A stretch of DNA of 45,918 nt from Vibrio sp. Lineage in GTDB: Bacteria; Pseudomonadota; Gammaproteobacteria; Enterobacterales; Vibrionaceae. The position numbers and the translations under genes are program-made. The DNA lies in NCBI GenBank assembly GCA_051650365.1, contig JBOFIW010000315.1:1-45918 (forward strand), written 5' to 3'. Below the pieces are notes generated by a model that made no database searches, was not told the origin of the DNA, and worked only from the letters and a program-made list of their open reading frames with translations. This document shows, one piece after another, positions 17,456 to 27,716 of this stretch (position 1 is the stretch's first letter; the number at the start of each line of letters is the position of its first letter).

Positions 17456-18460
17456 TCACATATTAGAAAGAGTAGGAATTTCGCTTACAGCCCCTTTAGG
17501 GATCACAAACTCACCGCTTAATGTATGCCCTGCTTCACTCAACACTTCGGTTACCTTGCTGCACATCCATTGGGTATTAAACTCTGGCCGCTTATGCCCA
17601 GACACAAGAATATTCCGTTCCGCTTGAATCCCTGGGATAAACGGAAACTCTTCCAGCGTTAGTACGTAATCTTGGCATTTTTCATGGTAAAGGGCAGACT
17701 CCGCCGCAGAGCGAGCGGCCGCTTCCGATGGGTAGACTTTGCTGAGCTTTTTTACTTTACCGCTACTGTCACCCACACGGACGGATTGCTTTTGCCCTTG
17801 CTCAACCTTTTGCCAGTAGGCTTCCACCGCTTGAAACTTTCCAGTTCCTTTGAGCTCAATAACGGCTTGTGTTCCATCCGTTAAATGAACGGGGACAGCA
17901 GGCAAGGTTTTCCCGCTGACGCTTTGGTTATTACCGCGCTGCGAAAACACCAGTTTTTTATTGGCCACTTTCATGGTTGCGCCATACTCAGTCGCTAGTT
18001 CAGTGACTAGGTCTGCATCACTCTGCCCTGCTTGCACGTAGTGCTCGATGGTGATGCTGGCATATTCCGCATCGATAGCCGCCGTTAATCCATTTCGTTG
18101 AGCAACGGTTTCAACCAGCGCTTTTAAGCTTGTTTGTTGCCAAGTGAAATCACGCTGGGTTTTAAAGCTGCCGCCTAAGTTTGCCGCGTCACCTGAAAGG
18201 TTTATGGTTTGCTCTGGGCTCATGAGCTTTACCGAGTTGACGGTGTAAGTGCCACGAAACACTAAATTGTCGATGGTTTTCCCAGTGTAGATTTGTAAGG
18301 TCGCCTCATTGCGGGGGAATGCGATTTTTCCATCATCAGCAAGCACCAACTCAAAGGTATCACTGTCTAACCCTGCTTCATCAGTGATGGTGAGGCTTAC
18401 AAAGAACTCACGCAATATTGGGGTAATGTCCTTCCCCTCAGCGATGATTTTAAATGGCAT
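17456..18460 (-). CDS. Baseplate hub / late control protein D (P2 gpD-like)
   Basis: 'SLTITDEAGLDSDTFEL', 'QAGQSDADLVTELA'. Confidence 0.88.
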   Translation of the reverse strand: MPFKIIAEGKDITPILREFFVSLTITDEAGLDSDTFELVLADDGKIAFPRNEATLQIYTGKTIDNLVFRGTYTVNSVKLMSPEQTINLSGDAANLGGSFKTQRDFTWQQTSLKALVETVAQRNGLTAAIDAEYASITIEHYVQAGQSDADLVTELATEYGATMKVANKKLVFSQRGNNQSVSGKTLPAVPVHLTDGTQAVIELKGTGKFQAVEAYWQKVEQGQKQSVRVGDSSGKVKKLSKVYPSEAAARSAAESALYHEKCQDYVLTLEEFPFIPGIQAERNILVSGHKRPEFNTQWMCSKVTEVLSEAGHTLSGEFVIPKGAVSEIPTLSNM

Positions 18461-18666
18461 TAATCCCATAGGTTGATCTCCTGCGTTTCTGCAGGGGGCT
18501 CAAGTTGAGGAAGTTGTATTTCTACTCCGGCTTCTAGTGGGTGTGGCCGCGAGGAAAGGCCGCGGTTTGCCTTTAATACGGCCTCATACGCACCGGGCAT
18601 ACCGTTGTAATAGCGGTAGGCAATATCATCAATTTGATCGCCTTCTTTGCTGATGTAAATGGTCAT
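18460..18666 (-). CDS. Tail protein X (P2 gpX, LysM-like)
   Basis: 'GDQIDDIAYRYY', 'VLKANRGL', ends 'INLWD'. Confidence 0.9.
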   Translation of the reverse strand: MTIYISKEGDQIDDIAYRYYNGMPGAYEAVLKANRGLSSRPHPLEAGVEIQLPQLEPPAETQEINLWD

Positions 18667-18668
18667 AG

Positions 18669-19061
18669 TCAAGCCTTATCTGGATACTCTTTTAGCTCGA
18701 TGTTGAATTCGATTTTCCGAGCCACGCCCTTGGTAAACAACTGGGATTTATCGACTTCAAGAGATCGTATTGTCCATAACCCCAAATCTTTACCCAAGCC
18801 ATCAATCATGCGTAGCGGCTTGCCTTTATCCCCTTCGGCTTTCATCTTATCGGTTTGCCCCAAGCCGCCGCGAAAGTGCGGATAAATGGTACCTTTAAAG
18901 CGAAGGGTTGAAAGGTCAGCGCCTATGAATTGAGAGCGGGGTTTTCGCCCAGCAAGGTTATGGTCACTCCAACGCCAAGCATGAACTTCCTGAATGTTTT
19001 GTAATGCGGCGGTATCGATACTGAATCGATAATCCCCCAATGCCATCATCACATCCGCCAT
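18669..19061 (-). CDS. Tail protein U (P2 gpU-like)
   Basis: 'MMALGDYRFS', 'PLRMIDGLG', 'RKIEFNIELKEY'. Confidence 0.9.
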   Translation of the reverse strand: MADVMMALGDYRFSIDTAALQNIQEVHAWRWSDHNLAGRKPRSQFIGADLSTLRFKGTIYPHFRGGLGQTDKMKAEGDKGKPLRMIDGLGKDLGLWTIRSLEVDKSQLFTKGVARKIEFNIELKEYPDKA

Positions 19062-19070
19062 GGTGTCTCC

Positions 19071-21209
19071 TTAATCTGCGAAGCTGACATTGCGCCCTCC
19101 GTTATTCAATTTCTCCATTTGCTTGGCAACGCGCATCACCATTTTTTCCAGCTTATTGATTTGCTCGTCATTGACGCTGCCTTGAACGTGGAAAACAGGG
19201 TTGAAGTTAATTTGTGCCGGTGCGGATTGGTTCGGTTTACTGGCGTTGATTTGCATGGCCGTATTGGCCTGCAGCATTTGTGGCGCGTTAACGTTGGCTT
19301 TTTTTACGCTATCACCAGGCTTGGGCGTGTTGGATCCAAACCAACTTCCAACCCACTCACCAATGCTTTCACCACCAATTCCCCCGATGATGGCTCCTGC
19401 TAAACCACCAATTGCCGTTCCAATGACAGGAACAACAGAACCCACCGCAGCACCTGCCGCTGCTCCGGCCAATGCTCCGCCCATGTTGCCTACCGTGCCA
19501 CCTATGGCGGTAGACTTTTCTCGGCTATTCATAGAGTCATCAAGTAATGTCGAACCAATATCAATAGCACCGAGCGCCGCGCCAACATAAGGCAGCTTGC
19601 GAGTCAGTCCGCCGAGCCTACTCATCGATGAAACGCTTTTGCCTGGCATTGAGCGTGTACGGGCTTTCCCACGCTTACGTCTGCGCTTTCCATCACCCTC
19701 ACCGCCTAAGCCGCCGAACCCATCGGCTGGCATATTGGTGACGTAAACTTTCATCACATCACCAGTCGGTAAATTGGGCATGTCACCGTCTTTCCCTTTA
19801 GAGCCGCGGACAAAATCAACCACACTTTTGCCCATGCCATAGGCTTTTTTACCTGCCCATACCGCCCCCAATGTACCGGCTAATGCCGAGGCTCCCGTTA
19901 ATGCTTTTTCTAGCGTCTCGGGCTCAAGACTGTTAATGGCATCCGCTAAATCAGCGATAGGTTCAGCTAATTTGTCATCAGCAAAACTCATCCAGGCGGT
20001 TTTTAAGCTCATCATAGCGGCGTTGGCTGTCTGTGCCGCTCGAGCGGAATCTTGCAGCACTGATGTACCATCACCGCTGATATCGAGGAATGAATTGAAA
20101 GCGGTTTTGCCATCGTCACTGGCTAGAACCTTCATGAAACGCATCGCTTCATCACCAAACAGTTGGCTGTATTCGGTAATGTCGGAGTTGGTCTCCTCCA
20201 TGATCTCTTTAACGATGGAGGGAAGATCGCGAAACTTCTTCTCTCCTCGAGCAAGCGCTTCTTCATCGAAAACCTGAATACCTAGCTTTTCAATGTCTTC
20301 ATAGTTGGATGTGATGTCTGCTAGAACAGATTCCATTGCGCTAGCCGCTTCTGCTGCAGAGCCTGAACCCATTCTGGCTATCTGCAGCATTGCCCCCATT
20401 TCTTGAACTGCTTTTGGTCCTGTTCTTCCCATTGCGGCATAGGCCGCAGATACCGATGCACCTTCTGCAGCAAGGTTCTGTAAGGTGAACGCTCCTGCCT
20501 TACCTTGCACAACTAAGGTATCAATTGCCGATAGAACATCTTCGCTATTTTTTAGGCCAAACTTTTGAGACATGTCTGCGAACATTTCGCCAACATCGAC
20601 ACCCGCTGCACCTGTGGCCTGCATTACCCGACCGATATTGGCCATGTTCTCCTGAGCGAATTTAAGATCACCGGTTTTCTCGACAATCTTCTCAACCGCT
20701 GACAACATTTCGCCTTGATCAACCCGAATATCGGATTGCTGGGAAGTGGCAAACATTTCAGCTCGCAGCTGTGTCATTTCCTCTTTGGTTTTACCCGCCT
20801 GAATGCCTAGCCGTTCGTACCGTTCCTCAAGTCCCATCACCACAACAGCAGAGCCGGCACCCGCCGCACCAGAGGCTAAAGCCGTCCATTGATTGCCCAA
20901 GTTATCGATGCCTTCACCCATTTTATCGACACTGCGGCGCATTAAATCGGTCTTTTTGATCGCAGCGCCTATCTCTTGGGTGTACTGCCGAACACGCTTA
21001 CCCGCATTGGATAAGCTTTGCCCTACTTGGCTAGTCGCTCGGCCAGTACGTTGATTTTCACGACCAAGCCTTTGCGTTTCATTCTTGAGTCGTTGCGAGC
21101 TTTTGCCGAGCCGTTGGTTTTGCTGCTCAAGATTGTCAAAAGCCCGGGTGACAGACCTGTCAACCCGAGCTTCTACATCAATCCCGACAGATACGTTGTT
21201 GTCTGCCAT
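19071..21209 (-). CDS. Tail tape measure protein
   Basis: ~712 aa, Ala/Gly-rich, N-terminal coiled coil, follows the chaperone genes; ATG at 21209 with GAGG RBS. Confidence 0.9.
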   Translation of the reverse strand: MADNNVSVGIDVEARVDRSVTRAFDNLEQQNQRLGKSSQRLKNETQRLGRENQRTGRATSQVGQSLSNAGKRVRQYTQEIGAAIKKTDLMRRSVDKMGEGIDNLGNQWTALASGAAGAGSAVVVMGLEERYERLGIQAGKTKEEMTQLRAEMFATSQQSDIRVDQGEMLSAVEKIVEKTGDLKFAQENMANIGRVMQATGAAGVDVGEMFADMSQKFGLKNSEDVLSAIDTLVVQGKAGAFTLQNLAAEGASVSAAYAAMGRTGPKAVQEMGAMLQIARMGSGSAAEAASAMESVLADITSNYEDIEKLGIQVFDEEALARGEKKFRDLPSIVKEIMEETNSDITEYSQLFGDEAMRFMKVLASDDGKTAFNSFLDISGDGTSVLQDSARAAQTANAAMMSLKTAWMSFADDKLAEPIADLADAINSLEPETLEKALTGASALAGTLGAVWAGKKAYGMGKSVVDFVRGSKGKDGDMPNLPTGDVMKVYVTNMPADGFGGLGGEGDGKRRRKRGKARTRSMPGKSVSSMSRLGGLTRKLPYVGAALGAIDIGSTLLDDSMNSREKSTAIGGTVGNMGGALAGAAAGAAVGSVVPVIGTAIGGLAGAIIGGIGGESIGEWVGSWFGSNTPKPGDSVKKANVNAPQMLQANTAMQINASKPNQSAPAQINFNPVFHVQGSVNDEQINKLEKMVMRVAKQMEKLNNGGRNVSFAD

Positions 21210-21217
21210 GTTATTCC

Positions 21218-21375
21218 TCACCTTCTTTTAACTTGCTGAGCTTTTCACAGTCAGCAAGCCAATCGAACAATTCCGCGATGATTAGCCCTCGGAGTTCTCC
21301 GAGTGGGACTCCGCCACAGAACTTGGAAATAGCAATGCACACTTGGCGGCATACTTCGGGAGTGGCAACAAAAAA
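21218..21375 (-). CDS. -1 frameshift extension of the tail chaperone (gpE'-like)
   Basis: Slippery TTTTTTG (21369-21375 on -); the -1 frame reads FVATPEVCRQVCIAISKFCGGVPLGELRGLIIAELFDWLADCEKLSKLKER to TGA at 21218-21220. Confidence 0.8.
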
Positions 21376-21638
21376 CAGTCGTACGCCTTTTGCAGTTGCA
21401 AATAGTCATACTGAGACATGCTGCCAATGAACGCTCGGGTGGTATTGGTCAAGTTGGCAAACAAATGCGCCTCATGCTCACCGTTGTCTTCCACCAATTC
21501 GCCATTTACCACGAGGCGAGATTGCTTTTGTGCCAGTAGAACATCATCAGTGGTGGGCGGTCGCATGGTAAGTTTTGGCTTCAACTCGCTATCCAGCTTG
21601 CATGGTACCTGTAATGTAATATCGATAGGTTGATACAT
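21282..21638 (-). CDS. Tail assembly chaperone (P2 gpE-like)
   Basis: 'LTMRPPT', 'MSQYDYLQLQKAYDCFL'; between tube and tape measure. Confidence 0.85.
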   Translation of the reverse strand: MYQPIDITLQVPCKLDSELKPKLTMRPPTTDDVLLAQKQSRLVVNGELVEDNGEHEAHLFANLTNTTRAFIGSMSQYDYLQLQKAYDCFLLPLPKYAAKCALLFPSSVAESHSENSEG

Positions 21639-21646
21639 TTTCACTC

Positions 21647-22159
21647 CTAAATACCCAATGCTTTGTTGATATCGGCGCGCAAGTTGACGCCGCCCACACG
21701 TTCAATACCAGCCATGATATCGATGTGTACCAACTCCACTCCGTTATACAGAACGGTGTAAGTCGTCCATGTGATTTTGCAGGTCATTTCAGCCACTTTC
21801 TTACGCTCAAACTCCCCCATATCTAAGCCAATCACTCGGCCATTCACCTTCACAACAAAGGTATCGACACCAGATTGGCCTTGTAGCGAGGAACGAAAAA
21901 CAAATGGCTTTTCCAATCCGTTGGTTAAACCGAACATGGCAATGGTGGCTGCATTTGGCTCGGCAATGGTGACTTCAAGATCTTCCGTCTCAATGACACC
22001 CATATCGAGTTTGATGGCTCCCACCATCCCACCGGCTAAGTATTCCTCCACCACTCGGTTAAGCGGTGGTAATTTCACTTTGGGCACTAGCCCAATCATG
22101 CCGCGGCCATCCTGAAACCAGGCGTAATCCGCGAGAACTTTTGGTGGTCTACGTTCCAT
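21647..22159 (-). CDS. Tail tube protein (P2 FII-like)
   Basis: 'KLPPL...EEYLAGGMVG', 'IDIMAGIERVGGVN', ends 'ALGI'. Confidence 0.9.
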   Translation of the reverse strand: MERRPPKVLADYAWFQDGRGMIGLVPKVKLPPLNRVVEEYLAGGMVGAIKLDMGVIETEDLEVTIAEPNAATIAMFGLTNGLEKPFVFRSSLQGQSGVDTFVVKVNGRVIGLDMGEFERKKVAEMTCKITWTTYTVLYNGVELVHIDIMAGIERVGGVNLRADINKALGI

Positions 22160-22171
22160 AAGGCTCCCTTA

Positions 22172-23338
22172 CTACTGAAAGATTACGTCGGCGTAATCGT
22201 TGATGAAATGACTGGTCACGGTGATGTTCTGGGCGATACCAGGTGGAGTGAAGTCGTAATCCAGATAGAAGTTGCCAGCAATAATGGAATCGGGCGGGTT
22301 TAAATCAGGGTCAGCCCACGCTTTGGCACCGTAGAGATGGCCAGCACGAATTTCACCATCAAGGCCGTTTTGTACCGAGTCGGTGACATCCTCAACAAAG
22401 GTGGCAAGAATTTTACGGTCTCGGGCCCATTTAAGGCTGGATGTGATCATGTCCAAAATCATGTCGTTAACACGGACATGTGCATTGAACTGCCATTTAG
22501 GGTCATCACTGCAGCTTAAGTTCCCCCATGAGCGGTAGCCACTATCCAGAATCACTGTGGTGATTTGGTTTTCGTTGAGTAGGTGCGCCATGCAGTTGGT
22601 ATCACCATCCGCATAATCCACAGGGAACTCGGTTCCCAACGTGCCGTTGATTTTGCGGTTTGATAAAGATGCGCTGTAACCATCGTTAGGGTCTTGGTCT
22701 TTTTGAATCTCTAAACCCAACATATACGCACTCATAGGTACTAGGCGACCGTAAGCATTTTTTACTCGTGGCCAGAATAGCTCGAGGCGTTTATCACCCC
22801 AGAGTTGTCGATACGCGACCGCTTCTTCATAAGTTGTCCCCGGGCAATCACCAAACACTTTACAGCGTAAGCGAGTGGCGATGGGCAATAGCTTGGTCAG
22901 CACAGACTGGTTATGCAAAAAACCAGGCACGGAAAGTAAGCGAGGGCGCTTCCCCGTAACCGCTTGCACATCCAAAATGGCTTCAAGGCCGGATTTAGCC
23001 CCTGTGGCTGGGTCAACACCACCAATGATATTGGCAATGGTTTCTGCCTCATTCGCACCTTCTTGAGTACGAATTATGCAAATGGCACAGCGCTTTTGAT
23101 CGTAGATAGCCTGCAGCGCATCGGGCAATGTTCCTTTGGCCTCACCGACCATATCAAGCTTGGCAATGATGTGAGGATTTCCTGCGACGAGCACTTGTTT
23201 CCCAATGGGGAAAGTGGCTGGGTCGGCATCTGGAGCGGTACCTACAACAACGGCGAATGACGTATCAGCCATTTGCATGGGCCGCACGCCGCTGTTGTCT
23301 GTAACGCCAAAAATGCCATGTTTAAATTGTGATGACAT
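22172..23338 (-). CDS. Tail sheath protein (P2 FI-like)
   Basis: 'VVGTAPDAD', 'LLNENQITT', 'GYRSWGN', 'LDYDFTP'. Confidence 0.93.
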   Translation of the reverse strand: MSSQFKHGIFGVTDNSGVRPMQMADTSFAVVVGTAPDADPATFPIGKQVLVAGNPHIIAKLDMVGEAKGTLPDALQAIYDQKRCAICIIRTQEGANEAETIANIIGGVDPATGAKSGLEAILDVQAVTGKRPRLLSVPGFLHNQSVLTKLLPIATRLRCKVFGDCPGTTYEEAVAYRQLWGDKRLELFWPRVKNAYGRLVPMSAYMLGLEIQKDQDPNDGYSASLSNRKINGTLGTEFPVDYADGDTNCMAHLLNENQITTVILDSGYRSWGNLSCSDDPKWQFNAHVRVNDMILDMITSSLKWARDRKILATFVEDVTDSVQNGLDGEIRAGHLYGAKAWADPDLNPPDSIIAGNFYLDYDFTPPGIAQNITVTSHFINDYADVIFQ

Positions 23339-23425
23339 GGTGTGTTCCTTTGTTGTTCGAACAAGAACTCACCTTCAGCGGCATCGTTAAACTAGTGTAT
23401 TGGTTAAGAGCAAGAAAAGAAGGGG

Positions 23426-23944
23426 TTAGGCTTCTGGGTTAACAGGCCACGGGTTTTCAAGTTGGATTTTTTCTCGGGCGGCAATGGCTTGGCGTTCCAG
23501 TTCGATGGCTTCCGCTTCTTTTTCCTGCAGTCGTTTGATGTTAGCTTCTGAGACCAACGGGTCAACCATTGCGAAATACAAACTACGGCGCAGGTTATCG
23601 ACTTGGTCGAATTCGGCGATGTATTGATTACTGATATTCGTCACCCAAGCATCATCCATCCATTCATCAAATTGTGTGGCTGGCTTTTTCAACGTGTAAT
23701 CGTCGGTCACGAGAGTGACATCATCAAACTCTTTCTGCTTTGTGCAATCCGATTTTAAATAAGCGGTGACTTTTACATACGGTGCTTTGATCACTAGCTC
23801 GCCGTTAATTACATCAACGACTTGACCGTTGATTTTGGCTAGCGCTGCTGCTTCGTACTGCTCTGCGCTAATCTCAATGCCGTCTTTGAGCTGAGATTGA
23901 GATATCGATTGATTGTTTGCGTAGTATTTTTGCATTGTGATCAT
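23426..23944 (-). CDS. Tail fibre assembly protein
   Basis: Follows the fibre gene; 'PATQFDEW', 'REKIQLENPWP'. Confidence 0.75.
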   Translation of the reverse strand: MITMQKYYANNQSISQSQLKDGIEISAEQYEAAALAKINGQVVDVINGELVIKAPYVKVTAYLKSDCTKQKEFDDVTLVTDDYTLKKPATQFDEWMDDAWVTNISNQYIAEFDQVDNLRRSLYFAMVDPLVSEANIKRLQEKEAEAIELERQAIAAREKIQLENPWPVNPEA

Positions 23945-25056
23945 CCGAAAATTTTCATGAAATAGGGTTCTTCGATGTGAACCGGCTGCACTTGATTTGA
24001 AGTTGGCACAACTTTTGACGATGAAAAAATCACAGACTGGTTTGTAATTGACGCGGTCGCTTGAGTTACGATCTGCTCATATTCAGATGTCTGTACTGAT
24101 GATTTAGCGAAAGCGCCTTCGGTTCGAAAAACAGTCTCGCCGAGGCCTTTGGTTAAGCGAATATCAAGCCTGCCGTCAATCGGTCTGAGTGTATCGCCAA
24201 TTATCGTGCCTGAATTTTCACCAGCACGTGAAAAAGGCTTCGATGAGTTTCTCAGCTCAACACGTTGACCGTGCATCGGAGAGTCGGGAAAATTGATCTC
24301 TGCAGTAATTGACAATACCGGTGCGACACCAGAAACGATTTCATTAATCAGAATTCCAGCGTTGTACTCATCATTTCTGCTCAGCTTGATAAAGCGAAAA
24401 CGTGCATCATTTTTCGGAGGCGGTTCAACGCCTTCGATGTGAGTTTCAAGCGCAAATGGGTGGCCGATGGGCATCGATGCCCAATATGAAGCTTTATCAC
24501 CAAACCGCATGTACTGCGGATGCGGATTGGCTGCTGCGAGATGCTTGGCATCTTCGTCTTTCACAAACTGACGAGTGGCGGTCACAATCGTTGGGTCAAT
24601 CATCACAATTGGATCTAGTGATGTCACCGCAAACGTCATTTCAATGTAAATGTCATTTACTTCTCCGCCGTTATTGCTACCCGAAAGAATCGGAATACGC
24701 ACAGTATTGCCAACAGCGTGTAGGTATGAAGTACCGTCAAACGTTGCTACAGCTGCAAACTCTCGAACGGCGATATCAACAATATCATCAGGAATCTTTG
24801 CCCATACTTTTAGCTGCGGAACCGCATCCGGTTTTGATGGTGTAATCTTCTCCATCCCCGTAATAGGGATACGCGCCAACTCATGCACTAAGGCCGTTTG
24901 CGTGCGAGAAGGTTGAACATAAACGTCATTTGCATCACCGATGGCGATGTGCGTGAAGTTAATCGGCTTGCTGTTCAGCTTGCCGTTAATCTCGGCGTTC
25001 TCACCCGCAAAGGTAAGAATAGAGCCGTAATTGAGCGCAGATTCTGGGATACTCAT
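23941..25056 (-). CDS. Tail fibre protein (gpH-like)
   Basis: 'FTHIAIGDAN', 'IDPTIVTATRQFV', 'HLAAANPHPQY'. Confidence 0.85.
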   Translation of the reverse strand: MSIPESALNYGSILTFAGENAEINGKLNSKPINFTHIAIGDANDVYVQPSRTQTALVHELARIPITGMEKITPSKPDAVPQLKVWAKIPDDIVDIAVREFAAVATFDGTSYLHAVGNTVRIPILSGSNNGGEVNDIYIEMTFAVTSLDPIVMIDPTIVTATRQFVKDEDAKHLAAANPHPQYMRFGDKASYWASMPIGHPFALETHIEGVEPPPKNDARFRFIKLSRNDEYNAGILINEIVSGVAPVLSITAEINFPDSPMHGQRVELRNSSKPFSRAGENSGTIIGDTLRPIDGRLDIRLTKGLGETVFRTEGAFAKSSVQTSEYEQIVTQATASITNQSVIFSSSKVVPTSNQVQPVHIEEPYFMKIFG

Positions 25057-25703
25057 TCTAACTCCAGAGGTAATGGGCCAGAGCGGATAACCATGCCCCA
25101 ACGTGTAAAGCAGGCATGACCGACATTCACCATGCTAGTGATGTTTTCCGTTCGCCAAGGGCCGGAACGGATCACCATGCCCATGCGACTTAACACGCAC
25201 AAATTCATTGGTGAGGTCACTTGGCTAGTAATTGAAATACTCTCGAGGTGAGAGCGGGTATTTTTGGCATTGTTCACCGCTTTAATGATTTGCGGTACGG
25301 TGCTTTCATCGATGTCACTGTTACGAGCTTCCAGATTGACGCGGAAGAAACCGGGGCGAAGGTTCTCTTTATCTTCAAACCACTCGGTAACGCTGAGCCC
25401 ATCTTTACGAATCGATTCAATACTTTTATCTAATGCGAATCGAGTACCCTTGCTTGAGTGGATAGGCAGCGATGCAAAAATTACGTTTCGCTTCGTTTCG
25501 TCACTCCAATTTTCATCCCAGTAATCAACGCTCATTTCCCACGCCAGATAAGGCAGTAAATCAGCGCGGCACTGGTATGGATCGTAAAAGGTCTTAATGT
25601 CCCGCTCGATAAGGGCAATTTCTTCCCAAAACACTTGCTCCATAATGCGTTCCATTTTGGAAGCAGAGGGTGGAAGCTTGCTGACAAACACTCGATCACT
25701 CAT
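25053..25703 (-). CDS. Baseplate/tail protein I (P2 gpI-like)
   Basis: 'LLPYLAWEMSVDYWD', 'KGTRFAL', 'AKNTRSHL'. Confidence 0.9.
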   Translation of the reverse strand: MSDRVFVSKLPPSASKMERIMEQVFWEEIALIERDIKTFYDPYQCRADLLPYLAWEMSVDYWDENWSDETKRNVIFASLPIHSSKGTRFALDKSIESIRKDGLSVTEWFEDKENLRPGFFRVNLEARNSDIDESTVPQIIKAVNNAKNTRSHLESISITSQVTSPMNLCVLSRMGMVIRSGPWRTENITSMVNVGHACFTRWGMVIRSGPLPLELE

Positions 25704-26569
25704 TACGCGACTCCGGCTTGAGTCACGATAATCTCAGTGCAATATGGTGCTTCGGATTTAGAGCAAAGCACAGAAGCGGCGGGTTCAACGATGGTCACGT
25801 CAATAACGGGCTGAAAGCTGACTGATTCATCAACACTTTTTTGGACATGTGATGCCGCATCAATCAGAGATAAAGTGACGTTACCACCAAGCACATGAGT
25901 CTCTTTCGCTAGTTGCTGTAAACGATTTCTGGCTTGAGCTAAGGTTTCACTTTCGCCAGGGCCTGCAGGTAAAGTCAGTTCCACCACAATACGATAGGGT
26001 TTGATTACGGCGGATTTTACTGTCAGGTCATCGTTCAACGGGCGAAGTTTTTCTTGGTTAACGTGCTGATAAACCTTATCGCGTAAAGCCTGCGAAGCTG
26101 TGCCATCACCAGTGCGGCTTAGGATGTATAAATCAACCACGAAACCATCCGGACTGGTTGGATAAGCGTCTTGCACATCTTCATCTGCCGCTAGGGCATG
26201 AAAAATATAAGCGCCATCGGGGCCTGCCGTTGAAAAACTCTCGGGCGCCATTTGTACGCGGCGACGAAACTCATCATCCGTTTCAGTTGGGAATTTCTCG
26301 ACAGGTCGCCAATCCGCTAAGCGCTGTAGGTTCGTGCCTGTCGCGTAGGCCACCATGTTTTCCAGTGAGATATCTTGAAACTCTTGGCGAGCTCGAGTGA
26401 CCTCTTCCGACATTGCTGAGAAAGCAAAGTAGAGCGGGTCACCGGCTTTGGGAACTGATGTATTGCTGAGTTCAGCGTAACGCTTCAGCATTCGGGTTCG
26501 AATCAATGAAGCATCAAGCTGTTGAACCACTTCGGGCGGTGGTAATTGATAGATCTCAATCTGGCTCAC
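25703..26569 (-). CDS. Baseplate J protein
   Basis: 'ETDDEFRRRVQMAPESFSTAGPDGAYIFHAL', 'RPLNDDLTV'. Confidence 0.92.
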   Translation of the reverse strand: MSQIEIYQLPPPEVVQQLDASLIRTRMLKRYAELSNTSVPKAGDPLYFAFSAMSEEVTRARQEFQDISLENMVAYATGTNLQRLADWRPVEKFPTETDDEFRRRVQMAPESFSTAGPDGAYIFHALAADEDVQDAYPTSPDGFVVDLYILSRTGDGTASQALRDKVYQHVNQEKLRPLNDDLTVKSAVIKPYRIVVELTLPAGPGESETLAQARNRLQQLAKETHVLGGNVTLSLIDAASHVQKSVDESVSFQPVIDVTIVEPAASVLCSKSEAPYCTEIIVTQAGVA

Positions 26570-26913
26570 AAACTCAACCCTGAAATCGTTTCAATGGAGC
26601 CATCAAACAACAACTGTACATCTAAGGATAATGTCACCTGATTCTCTCCAAACTCTAGCCATGCTTGCACTAGTTTTATCTCGTCATTGAACTCGTTTGG
26701 AGGGTGAGCAATAGCATCGGCGACATCAGCAAAAATATCGATTTGCAGCTCTGGCGTGATGTTTCTATCAATCCGTTCTGGCAAGTTAGAGCCGAACGCA
26801 CGGTTGAGAGGTAATGACCCCCGACGAGTTTTGAAGCAACGGTTTAGTCGCTGCTTCAGCTCATCGATACCGGTGATTTGTTGTCCCGTTTTTTCATTCA
26901 ACCCTGTGGCCAT
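26566..26913 (-). CDS. Baseplate wedge W / gp25-like protein
   Basis: 'TRRGSLPLNRAFGSNLPERID'. Confidence 0.88.
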   Translation of the reverse strand: MATGLNEKTGQQITGIDELKQRLNRCFKTRRGSLPLNRAFGSNLPERIDRNITPELQIDIFADVADAIAHPPNEFNDEIKLVQAWLEFGENQVTLSLDVQLLFDGSIETISGLSL

Positions 26914-27207
26914 TTAACCTCCTGCAAAAACATTATCAGAGCCAGAGGCAACGCTGGAACCACACCCGACAGGATCTCCAATGCGGCCTATCGCTTTACC
27001 ATTCACAAAAACCGTACTGCTGCCTGCAGCTAGTGAGCTGGCATGTGTTTCTGGTATTGATGGACAGGTGTGTGCTGCCCATCCGTCACCTTGTCGATGC
27101 ACTGGCTTACCGTTACAGAACACATCAGAACTGCCCCCTGTTGATGGCCGAGGAGGCCAACAACCATGGCCTGTGCAACTGTCCCCTTGTCGAGTTACTG
27201 CTGGCAT
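26914..27207 (-). CDS. PAAR-domain spike tip protein
   Basis: 'PAVTRQGDSCTGH', 'GSSTVFVNGKAIGRIGDPVGCGS', 'GSDNVFAGG'. Confidence 0.92.
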   Translation of the reverse strand: MPAVTRQGDSCTGHGCWPPRPSTGGSSDVFCNGKPVHRQGDGWAAHTCPSIPETHASSLAAGSSTVFVNGKAIGRIGDPVGCGSSVASGSDNVFAGG

Positions 27208-27209
27208 AG

Positions 27210-27716
27210 TTAGTTCCAATCAATTCGAGGAGCTTGGAAGGACATGTTGCCGCCAGATTGAAAGCGCATGCCGCCACCGCTCGTAACTTGTACTTCTCCG
27301 TCGGCATGAAAGCTCGCGTTCCCTGCAATAGTCACTTGCACATTACCTGCAAAATTGGCAGAGAACTGCTTATTTTCCATGTCGTACTCAAACCAAGTTC
27401 CATCAGGGAACTCACGATAAAACAGGTTTAAGTGCTCTTTGGGCTGGTCATGTGAGCTTTGGTTCAAGCTGGCCACAATCACACCCCGCTGAGTGTTGAA
27501 CTCTTTCACCACGAGCACGAGCTCCCCTTTTTGCAGAGGTGCAAAATCCTTTACCTCTCCCGCGTGACCCACATTCGCAGGTATCCAATCTGTGGTAAGT
27601 TCCTGGGTAAATTGCACCTTGTAGCGCAGCGGTTTAGCTTGTACATCAACGATGGTGCCGATTTGAATCATCTGAGATATCAGTCGCACCAACTGATTTT
27701 GCGTAAACTCAGCCAT
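27210..27716 (-). CDS. Baseplate spike protein V
   Basis: 'IQIGTIVDV', 'TTDWIP', 'FPDGTWFEYD', ends 'APRIDWN'. Confidence 0.88.
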   Translation of the reverse strand: MAEFTQNQLVRLISQMIQIGTIVDVQAKPLRYKVQFTQELTTDWIPANVGHAGEVKDFAPLQKGELVLVVKEFNTQRGVIVASLNQSSHDQPKEHLNLFYREFPDGTWFEYDMENKQFSANFAGNVQVTIAGNASFHADGEVQVTSGGGMRFQSGGNMSFQAPRIDWN

